This document shows, in pieces, positions 39,476 through 48,433 of a stretch of DNA of 64,000 nt. How positions within the stretch are numbered: position 1 is the first letter of the stretch; every line of letters starts with the position of its first letter. This DNA is from Fimicolochytrium jonesii. Taxonomy: Eukaryota. Location of the stretch: assembly GCF_025526975.1 (NCBI RefSeq), contig NW_026515677.1:496001-560000 (forward strand). The letters run 5' to 3'. The position numbers and the translations under genes were made by a program. The notes under the pieces are model-generated. The model was not told where the DNA came from, ran no database searches, and worked only from the letters and a program-made list of their open reading frames with translations.

Positions 39476-39495
39476 GGGATGGGGTGAAATCTAGA

Positions 39496-42400
39496 CTACC
39501 GGTTACGGGAAAATGCGTCTGGTCTGCGGCCATTGCCAAACACCACCGAACGCACAATGGAGAGGAAATTCTTGGTGCTCAGGACGTCCCGATTGTGCAC
39601 TCTCATCCGTAGTCGTAGTGGTCGTCTTCCAGGAATCTCAAATGGCGTCCAGTCTTCGTTGATACATTCGGGGTTGGGGCAACCCACCAATCCATGGACG
39701 TATTCCATTCTTCCCCTTCTAGCTTGCCACGGCCGACATGACAGCCGCCGTCGGATGTTTTTCTTCACACTGCCATGGCAGTCTGGGCCACGGACGACGT
39801 TCAATACTCATCCAGCAGGTAGCATGGAATGCCGTTTCTCGCAAAGAGTGTGCGGAATCTGATTTCCATGATGAGTTAGCATATTAAAATACATAAAAAA
39901 CAACGATGGTCACTCACCCCTTGGTCTTTGATGACTCCTGAAAGCGCATTGTTTTTCCAGCGTCGCTCCAATCACCCAGGATGACCGAAAAATGCTTTCC
40001 ATACCGGTGTTGCATGTTCTTAATGAGCTTGCTCTCAGACTTTTGCCGCAGTGAGAACGCCTTGAATCTGCAAGCGACGTGAATCTCATCCCGGTGTTAT
40101 GGACGACGCGTCCATACCATGCGCTTACCTCATGACAGCATCCCAACAGTCAGTCAATGTCAATTCCCTGTCAAAACCTGACATCTGCCAAACCTCGCAG
40201 CCGCACGCAGCCGCGCTACCCCACACCTGCCACTGCCTTCATTTCTCCACGCAGCCGCACGTAGCCACACCTCCCAACACTCGGCGCTTACAAACCCTTC
40301 TCCATACTTCCCCACGTACCCGCCCACAGCCTCAGCGTAGCCACCCCATCCCCAGTCTTCTGTTTCTATGCTTCCCCACCCTTGGCGCTTCTCTTGGCTT
40401 CCCTCTCATTCCGTACCCTTCTGCTTCCCCACGCTTCCCCAGCCTTCCCAGAAAAACATAAATAGCCGCCTCCCCTGAGCTCCCCACTTCCTGATCCCCC
40501 AGCAGATCAACACCAGTTCTTCCTAGTCTTGTTCTAGTTCTTGTTTCGGTCTGAATACCATTACCTGTCAACAACCTGCACCACAAGTCGCCTCTATTTC
40601 CATCGGCTCCGCCCATTCATAACACCCGGTAAAACTCATCCAGGGCGAGATCTTGAATATGGATGTCAGCCCATGTTTACCCAAATTTGAAGACGATACA
40701 TGATACATCATACCTGCATGTATGTGATCCACAATGAACGCTGAGAACGCCTCGATGTTCATGCTCTTGTGCGATGTAATCTGTGATTCCATCTCAGCAA
40801 CGCCAGCATTGATCTTCCGCTCTGTCATGTCTCTCCGAAAGTACCACGACTTTGTCTTGACCGCCCGTTGATTGGATGTGTATCTGGTCTGGGGTGGTGC
40901 ATTGTGAGAACGCTGCAACGGAATGTCGCCGCAATGGGGATGGTGGGCGGAGACGGGGGGCTGGGGGGCGGAGACAGGGTTGGCCTCGACACCGTCATGC
41001 AGGTCATCAACATGGGCCACGCGACGAGCGATATGACGCGCGACGGCGACAAGCAAACCAACCGCGGCCGCTCTCTCATTGGCAGCGTTCCCATCGACAG
41101 CTCCGTGCTCGTCCAACTCTATCAACGAACTCCTTGCCCAGATCCGCAAGGATTCTTGCCCAGATTCGTTGCCCGTGTGTGCAAACAGGGGAACCACCCC
41201 TTCCAAGTCAAAGTCCGCAAACACCTCCGCACCATCTTCCGCAAAGTAGAGGGTTGGGGGGGGGGGGGGGGGGGGGATGGTGGGGACAGCAGGGCAGTAG
41301 TAATCAACTGAAACTTACCAAAATGGCCGCTCCTTCTCAATATCTCGACAGAACAGGAGGTCACGCTTGCCCGGATCAATGCAGACGATGTTTGGAGCCT
41401 CCCGTAGTTTGGCGATGTGGTGCTCAAAATACAACTGCTTGACTTCTTCCCGCATTTGGGCCTTGCTGCGCTTCCGGGCCCGATGCCCATACTTGAGCCC
41501 TGGCTTCTTGAAGTGGATGGTAACGGAATACCCGTCGGTGCTAATTGACCCATCGAACTTGAGACCAAGCTTCTTTCGATGTTTGAAGACCTTGTCCTAT
41601 AATCCGTCATTCAGCGACGTAATCTGATTGAAATAAGCACATAAGGATAGAGACTTACATTCACGTTGATAAACTGCCCCCACAGCTCCCGCTTGCGTTC
41701 ATCAGTGAGTTTCCCCATGCGACGTCGGCCAACATCCAGGATATGAGTGCCTAGGATCAGCGTGTCGATCCGAACAGATGACCGGATTCGAGATTTGCGC
41801 AGTGGGATAGCGGAAAACAGCCGCATTCCACGGCGCTCATAGAGGCGTGAGAGCTCACAATAGGCACCTGTGGTGAGACAGGAGTGGACCATGATTAGAC
41901 AAAAGAGGAAGCCAGGGGGAGGTGGGGGGGGGGGGGGCGAAGGGGGCGAGCGGTTACGTCGACGCCGTGGCGGTGGGCAAGAGCATCGGCCGTGCCCCGG
42001 GCCGCTGTGCGCGCACTGGGGGCGTCGTTGAGGCGGGGGAGGAAGGGGGGAGAAGGGGGGGGGCCGCAGGAGCCAAGCGTGCGGGCGCCCCAGGGGCGAC
42101 AGCGCATCGCAAACCACGTTGGCCGGGGTCCGGGCAGGCAGCCACTCGGCCAGGTCGGCATACCAAGCGTGGCACTGCACAGCCACACACGAGCCTGGGG
42201 GGGGGGGTGAATATACAGGATGCAACTCACCTAAATATGGCATTGCATCCACCGCAAGGCTGTACGCAAGCGGCTCATCCTGGGGAGGACACAGAGCCCA
42301 TAGCTCGTCGAGGACAGTCCGCTCAAGTCGTGTGAGGCGCGCAAACTCCTCTTCGGTTGGAAACTCTTCAAACGTCCCAAATTTTGTAAATTGACGGACC

Positions 42401-43367
42401 CGCTGATAATACTCTCTCCGCTGCGCTCGGTTGACTCTGGCTCTCCAGAGATGCAGTGCGACTTGCTTCAAACCAATCCTTTCGTTGATGTAGCGCAGAA
42501 GCATTTGCATGAAATGCTCTTGTACGTTGACTTTGAGGTTTGTGAGGATGCTCTGAGCCGTGTATGCTGCTGTCTGTTGGCAATTTTGCATGCGTATGGA
42601 GGCGAATCCGTGAACATCACAGTGGTCTTGAACCCATGGACGCAACTCTTGCGCGATGACCGGATTGCCGTTGTAGCCTGGATTGTTGAGCAGCTCAAAC
42701 ATCACACTGATGTGCTTGTCAGTGATGTCCGGGAAATCGTGCAGAGGATGATCAGCTGCGGTGGGCATTGTAGTCAGGACATTGTTGTATGGGAAATATA
42801 CAGTGTAGTGTACGCCAAAAACTCACCAAGGTAGTACTTGAGGAAGAAGGTGGTGTGGCGCGCAAGGATGTGAACATTGCCGATGGATGTTGTCAGGCGC
42901 TCCCTTTGAACTTGATTCTGATGATTCTGATTATGGATTTGAGGAAGGGAAATCTTGGTGCAGGCATGTGTCTGCTGGCGGCGTCGTTGAACGGGTGGTG
43001 GTGGCGGGGGCTCATACGCCAGGGATCCACCCGGTGTGCTGGGAAAACGGAAAGGGATGGGAGCTGGGAGGTTCAACGGATGCTGCAGACCCCTGTCGAC
43101 GAGTGAAAGCCCTCGATGCTGGTGCTGCCCATCGTCATCGCCGGAACTCTCGCTGACCATGTCTGCAATGGCTTTGGGCAAGTTGCGATGGATAGACGGT
43201 GGGAACTCAAATTGCGGGTGTGATTGCAATGGTGTCTGCACAGTTGGCAGACGTATGGGCAACCGCGGGGTAGCCGGAGCAACCTTCCTCCTCTTCCGCC
43301 GTGGTGTGGTTGCTCCAGTAAAGATGCCACACCACAGGTGCCCCTGGAGCGCCTGGTCTGATGACAT
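39496..43367 (-). pseudogene. Fanzor1 (eukaryotic TnpB-like RuvC nuclease), 7 exons, disrupted
   Basis: Exons 43367-42827, 42755-42231, 41867-41659, 41596-41319, 40883-40714, 40651-39918 (LTR removed), 39858-39496; motifs FDGSISTDGYSV, IVCIDPGKRDLL, YTSNQR, ILGDWS, LLDEY.TSS, (C)PDC...HGLVGCPNPEC, HNRDVLSTKN. Confidence 0.93.
40095..40624 (+). mobile_element. Solo LTR (530 bp) inserted in Fanzor exon 6
   Basis: Ends TGTTATG...CATAACA; perfect 5-bp TSD CCCGG at 40090-94 and 40625-29; TATA-like CATAAATAG at ~40458 suggests orientation; removal restores the Fanzor frame. Confidence 0.9.
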
Positions 43368-43977
43368 GTTGGGTGTGCTGTGCCTTTTGCGTGCCTGCTA
43401 GAGATGAGGTGTATGCAGGTGATTGCCGTGATGGATTGCCGGGAAGGAAGGGGGTTGAAGGAGTAGAGTGGGGATCCCCACGTTTTTTACACGCGTGTAA
43501 AGGATGTGGGGCAGCTCTGGGGTTGATTGTGGAACTCGTTACTTTATTCCCCTTCACACATTGGGAGCCGCCGGAGGCGAGTGACGGCTATGGCAGCAAA
43601 GTACAGTATGTCAAGTTGGCAAGCGCTACACTGCGCTATATAGTAACCCTCCCTACGCAGCCCAACCACAGTGATTCGCAAAAGCCTAAGCTATGTAAAT
43701 GTGGGAATCAATATGCACTTATAGGGAGATTGATGAATTGCACGCATTTTTTCACCCATAATCATCGGATCTCAGTAGAGATGGAGGTGGGCGGCGTGAA
43801 GTAATGAAGTCTTCTTCAGAAAGCAGTTCCATCATGGTTGTGGCTTCATCACCGGTGAGCGTAGTGCCGCTAGACCAACGTATTGCTAGAGCAACATATT
43901 GGATGCTGATGCCTTGGGGCTTGAATGCAGTGCTCAGGCTGAAAGAGTTGTCGCCTTTGTTCTCGACTATGACAGCG

Positions 43978-44171
43978 AAGCGATTGCGGAAGGCGCGAGA
44001 GCGTACCGCGAGTGCCCAAATCCAGGCTGCACCTCAAGCGATTGCAGGAGTCGAGAGCGTACCGCGAGTGCCCAAATCCAGGCTGCACCTCAAGCGATTG
44101 CAGGAGTCGAGAGCGTACCGCGAGACTGCCCCTATTCCGGGCTGCCCCAAGCGATTGCGGAAGGCGAGAGC
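43978..44171. repeat. 56-bp minisatellite, ~3.3 copies
   Basis: Unit CGAGAGCGTACCGCGAGTGCCCAAATCCAGGCTGCACCTCAAGCGATTGCAGGAGT at 43996 and 44052 (identical), diverged copy at 44108. Confidence 0.92.
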
Positions 44172-44343
44172 AGGACGTTGAGCAACGTCGACGGCGAAAG
44201 GATGTACTGTACAGACAGGTTTGAATTACTGCCGGGGCAAGAATGAGAAGACTGGTTTTGGAGTCACCTTGTAAACAAAAAGCGAAACAGGAAGCTGACG
44301 TGACGGGTGTGCTGTAGGTGTGTAGTTCAAAGTTGAAAGATCT

Positions 44344-44426
44344 TGGCAATGGCGGCGGCAATGGCGGTGGCAATGGCGATGGCAATGGTGATGGCAATGG
44401 GGGTGACCATGGTGGCAATGGCGGTG
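44344..44426. repeat. Degenerate TGGCAA/TGGCGG hexamer repeat
   Basis: tggcaatggcggcggcaatggcggtggcaatggcgatggcaatgg... seen directly. Confidence 0.85.
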
Positions 44427-44590
44427 AGCGGATGTGGAAGAACAGATGAAGAAAACCTGCGGCTATGGGACAGCGTAGTAACAAGGCTGGCCACGGCGGC
44501 GTTGCGAAGTGCAGGTCCAGGGCTGGCCAGAAGTGCAGTACCGTATATTGGGTACATTTTGACTGTTGGATGATGGTCAGAAGTGGTTAA

Positions 44591-44891
44591 TTCCCAAATA
44601 AGGGAATTCTTCTGGTTCACTTGCCGCCGTGAAGGGTGGCCAGGGCTGGCCAGGGCACCGGATATTGCGCGCGTCGTGGATCAGTGTACCAGCGAAGGGT
44701 TTGGCCAGATGAAGTGGAAGGCTCTAATAAATTGGCCAGATGAAGTAGGGCTCCAAAGGCGCGCGTGAGAAATACACTTCATTTGGCCAGATGCTCTAAT
44801 ATTAATACACTTCACTGGCCAGATGAAGCGCGCGTGAGAAATACACACTCCCCAGCGGCAAATGTACCAGAAGGATTCCCTTATTTGGGAA
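44591..44891. mobile_element. MITE-like element with 37-bp inverted repeats
   Basis: 44591-44627 vs 44855-44891 are reverse complements with 3 mismatches; interior has repeated TGGCCAGATG and GCGCGTGAGAAATACAC motifs; no clear TSD. Confidence 0.6.
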
Positions 44892-45076
44892 GAATCCAGG
44901 GAGATGTAAAAGCAAGGAAATCGAAATCGGATGTGCCGCCGCAACCCCAAGACATGTCCCGCTGTCCCGGTCGCGCTGACACCCACACAAACCGACACAC
45001 ACAGACGGCCCTTGGCCAGAAGGCTCTAATAACGTTAGTAAGCTTGCCAGGGCTCCAAAGGCGTGCGTGAGAAATA

Positions 45077-45445
45077 CAGTGCCGTTCATAAAGCAAGGCC
45101 GCTGTCAATTTGATTCACCGGCCCCCTGAACGCGCGTCTAGTATATCTAGTGAATCCTCCTCTAGCTGCTATGACGGCCGCTATACGCCGGGGCATGCTC
45201 GACACAAGGTTTTCTAGCACATCTAGCTCAATATCCTGAAATGTCTGCTGTGCAATGGCCTCTAGCTGCTCTAAAGTTGCGGGACGTTGTCTATAAATGC
45301 ATTTCTTGAGCATGGACCACAGGTTTTCTATCGGATTCAAGTCTGGGCTGATTGCAGGCCAGTTTGCCAGTACCTCAATGCCGTGGAGATCAAAAAATCC
45401 TTCCCTGCAAGTTTTGCGATGGGGTGGAGCGTTATCCTGGGAAGA
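45077..45445 (-). mobile_element. 5'-truncated second Tc1-family element (transposase C-terminus plus one terminus)
   Basis: QDNAPPH...WPAISPDLNPIENLW...SMPRRIAAVIAARGGFTRY; terminus TA|CAGTGCCGTTCA at 45075-77; sequence upstream of QDN is unrelated. Confidence 0.88.
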
Positions 45446-45594
45446 AACACTCTGAGCGTCACCGCCAATCCAAAAAGGAGAGAAACAAGGTACACACCTG
45501 CATGAAAACAAAACCACGCTGCTCACCCTGAATATCAGAGTAGAAGGGGATGAGATTCTCGGAGAGATATTCCTGGTATGCTTCCGAGTTGAGT

Positions 45595-45691
45595 CTAACC
45601 CTAACCCTAACCCTAACACTAGGGTTTTGAGGTTTGGAATTGCGAGATGGTAGGTCAAGAACCCTAACCCTAACCCTAACCCTAACCCTAA
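45595..45691. repeat. Interstitial telomeric repeats (CCCTAA/TTAGGG), two tracts
   Basis: ~4 units at 45595-45618 and 5 perfect units at 45662-45691. Confidence 0.9.
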
Positions 45692-45852
45692 GTCAGAGCA
45701 GATGTGGTAAGAAGGTAAGAAGGAATCAGAGGGCAGCGACGCGAGGGGAAGGTAAGAAGGCTGGTAAGAAGGAATCAGAGGGAATATGGGGTCACGTGGG
45801 GGGACACGGACGTCGCGGACATGGATTAGAGTAAAGAATGAGGAAGGATGTA

Positions 45853-47219
45853 CAGTCAGTGGACAAAAAGCTGTGTGCACCCCATATGGATTTCAATGAC
45901 CGTTTCACAAAGCGCACCGCGCGTTTTGGAGCCGCAAGCTTGAGTATTGAAGCCAGCGACGAAGCCGTGATGGCGAAATGCACGCCAACATCTTCACCAC
46001 CTCAGCTATGGGGAAACCTCTCACACCACAAAAAAGGGCAGCCATAGTTGCCCTCCATATAGCAGGCAAGACGACATCTGAAATTGCAAGGCAGGAGCAC
46101 GTTCACAGGAATACTGTGAGGAACACTATTAAGAGGTTTGCGAACGAGAGTGCCACTGCACCAACCGCCTATCAATCGAAGAAGCCAACAGGAAGACCAG
46201 CTAAGTACCAGCCTTCTGACGATGATTTGGCTGCCTTCCGCAGTATTGTTGTTGCTGACAGTAGCACTCGGGAGAAAACACTAAAACAGATCACTTTTGA
46301 ATTCACACAGCTCACCGGACTCCAGGTGTCTGCAAAAACAGTGCGTCGCTACCTACGGGACCTGCTCTATCTCACCTCGCGTTTCAAGGTCCGAAAGCCA
46401 CTATTGACAGAGGACCATAAAGCAGCACGCCTTGCATTTGCACTGCAGCACCAAGACTGGACGGAAGCGGACTGGTCTCGTGTTTTCTGGACTGATGAGA
46501 CGTCCTTTGAAATTGGCTGGGTACCTAAAATGCGGTGCTGGCGCTTACGAACTGAACGTTTTCATCCCAATTGCATCCAGGGCACCAGGAAGAGTGGACG
46601 AAAAACATTCATGTATTGGGGAGCATTCATTGGAAATGCAGTAGGTCCAATGAAAGAGATGCAGCGTGTTCAGCGAGAGGGTCAAAACCGTGGAGGGATT
46701 AACTCTCCTGCCTATGTGCAACATCTTACTGCTAACATGTTGCCGATGTGGCGGAATTTAGAGATTTTTCTTCCCAATCCTCTCTTCATGCAGGACAACG
46801 CCCCTATTCATACATCGGCTGAAACTCGACAGTTCTTTGATGAACACGGCATTGAGCTTCTTCCCTGGCCAGCGCAGAGTCCAGATCTCAATCCGATTGA
46901 GAATCTGTGGGCAATGCTCAAACGGAAGGTATCGAAAGCGAACCCTACCCCTGGAATGTTGGACAACGTTGTGCAAACTATATGGCCCACAATGCAGCCG
47001 CATCTTGATGCATTGACACGGTCAATGCCATCAAGAATGGCAGCCGTAATCGCAGCCAATGGGGGGACAACTAGGTATTAGCGAAATTCAGATCTAGATC
47101 CATTCATTTAGGTCAGGTTTCGCAATGCCCCAAGATTAAGGATGATGAGTTGATGTCGCGCAACGCGCGTCAGACACTGACTTAATCTGGCATGCACACA
47201 GCTTTATGTCCACTGACTG
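45853..47219 (+). mobile_element. Intact autonomous Tc1/mariner transposon (1367 bp)
   Basis: 27-bp TIRs with 1 mismatch; TA TSD at 45851-52 and 47220-21; uninterrupted transposase ORF. Confidence 0.98.
45978..47081 (+). CDS. Tc1-family DD34E transposase (start may be ATG 46008)
   Basis: N-terminal HTH plus GRP motif; VFWTDE; QDNAPIH with 34 residues to the E of SPDLNPIE; ends GGTTRY*. Confidence 0.97.
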   Translation: MHANIFTTSAMGKPLTPQKRAAIVALHIAGKTTSEIARQEHVHRNTVRNTIKRFANESATAPTAYQSKKPTGRPAKYQPSDDDLAAFRSIVVADSSTREKTLKQITFEFTQLTGLQVSAKTVRRYLRDLLYLTSRFKVRKPLLTEDHKAARLAFALQHQDWTEADWSRVFWTDETSFEIGWVPKMRCWRLRTERFHPNCIQGTRKSGRKTFMYWGAFIGNAVGPMKEMQRVQREGQNRGGINSPAYVQHLTANMLPMWRNLEIFLPNPLFMQDNAPIHTSAETRQFFDEHGIELLPWPAQSPDLNPIENLWAMLKRKVSKANPTPGMLDNVVQTIWPTMQPHLDALTRSMPSRMAAVIAANGGTTRY

Positions 47220-47384
47220 TACAGATGAAGTAGTGGGAGCCTACATTATGTGCTATCTACGGGCGCGATCTACAGTACATAAGTTTCACGCGTAAGCCGT
47301 TCAGGCATCTCCTCGAAGAAAAGACAAATGCTTCGAAGCGCAATCGGTCGACAATCGAGCGCGCTGGTGAGCGCACTCATTGCG

Positions 47385-48221
47385 CTATTGAAACCTTTCC
47401 CATCCCTCGACATCATAAATGTCCGCATGACTGCCGTTCTTGAACTCATCCTTCTCCAGAAGATGGAAGAGCACCCTCGACGACACCTCCGGCGCCACCA
47501 ATTTCTTCTCCTCGTGCATGTTTATGAACACGGAACGCGTGGGCACGTCCGGCATCTCCTCCCTAATCGCCGTCTGCATGTCCGTATCCAGCGGACCCGG
47601 CGCATAATTCAGCACCCTCACATCCGGTTGTTCCGTGGCGATTGCTGAGTGCATCATATCCCGCGCGGCCTTCCCCACACAGTAGAGCGACCAGCAATCG
47701 AATGCTTGGATAGCGGCTAGGGATGAGATGTTGATTATGGATAGTTTGGTGCCGGATGATGCGAAATGACGCAGGAACGCTGCTGTCAGCACCATGGGCG
47801 CTGTTACGTTCAGGTGGAGGGCTGAGGTCATGTCTGCGGCTGTTAGGGTTGAGAAGCGGGCTAGTTTGCCGAGGGATCCGGCGTTGTTGAAGAGATATGC
47901 CTGTGAATAGTCCGTTGGTGGGCGAGGCAGTCCGCGCAGGACCTCGTCGGAGACAGCTTCGAGGTCGAGTCTGGAAAAGTCGGTGAGGATACTCTTTGCC
48001 GTCAATGCGACCCCTCCTTCTCCAGCCTTCGCTGTTCCCTCAGAACTTCGCTGCTGTTCGAGGATAAGGCTCTTTGTCGCCGCGAGACCTTGTTCATCGC
48101 GGGCGGTGATGACAAAGTCGGTGGGTTGCGAGCGGGCGAGTGGCGACTTTGCGAACTGTAGCGCCAGCGCGCCGCCGAAACCTCTAGAGGCGCCAGTGAT
48201 GAGGACCAAGGTGCGGGACAT
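47385..48221 (-). CDS. Short-chain dehydrogenase, sepiapterin reductase-like
   Basis: ITGASRGFG, NNAGSLG, NISSLAA, YCVGKAARDM and LNYAPGPLDTDMQ. Confidence 0.92.
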   Translation of the reverse strand: MSRTLVLITGASRGFGGALALQFAKSPLARSQPTDFVITARDEQGLAATKSLILEQQRSSEGTAKAGEGGVALTAKSILTDFSRLDLEAVSDEVLRGLPRPPTDYSQAYLFNNAGSLGKLARFSTLTAADMTSALHLNVTAPMVLTAAFLRHFASSGTKLSIINISSLAAIQAFDCWSLYCVGKAARDMMHSAIATEQPDVRVLNYAPGPLDTDMQTAIREEMPDVPTRSVFINMHEEKKLVAPEVSSRVLFHLLEKDEFKNGSHADIYDVEGWERFQ

Positions 48222-48433
48222 GGTTGGACGGTGGTAGATGCTTAGAGCGGAGTCGATGGCGAGATGTTGGCAGGTCCAAAGGGAACCGTCTTGGGGAAGA
48301 AGACCGGCGGCGTGACCTCATCGCTCGGAGTCTCGGACATGGTCTGGTCCTTTTGGAAGCAAGTTGACAACTTGCGCACATACAGACCAAAGGAAACAAC
48401 AAACACATATACATACGTTCACCGCCGATAGTG

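Larger units (their letters stand above)
39366..43638 (-). mobile_element. Non-autonomous Fanzor1-carrying DNA element (boundaries tentative)
   Basis: Contains the Fanzor gene; ~43545-43640 aligns colinearly but loosely with the reverse complement of ~39364-39460; TA at aligned positions 39364-65 and 43639-40. Confidence 0.5.

Noticed and set aside
40568..41224. 218-aa ORF as a standalone gene
   Set aside because: Only 40883-40714 is in-frame Fanzor exon; the rest is intron or out-of-frame sequence
43978..44171. Possible CRISPR-like guide array near Fanzor
   Set aside because: Units are contiguous tandem copies with no unique spacers, so this is a minisatellite
39366..47219. Single composite Tc1-Fanzor transposon
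   Set aside because: The intact Tc1 has its own TIRs and TSD, and its TIR sequence is absent from the Fanzor ends
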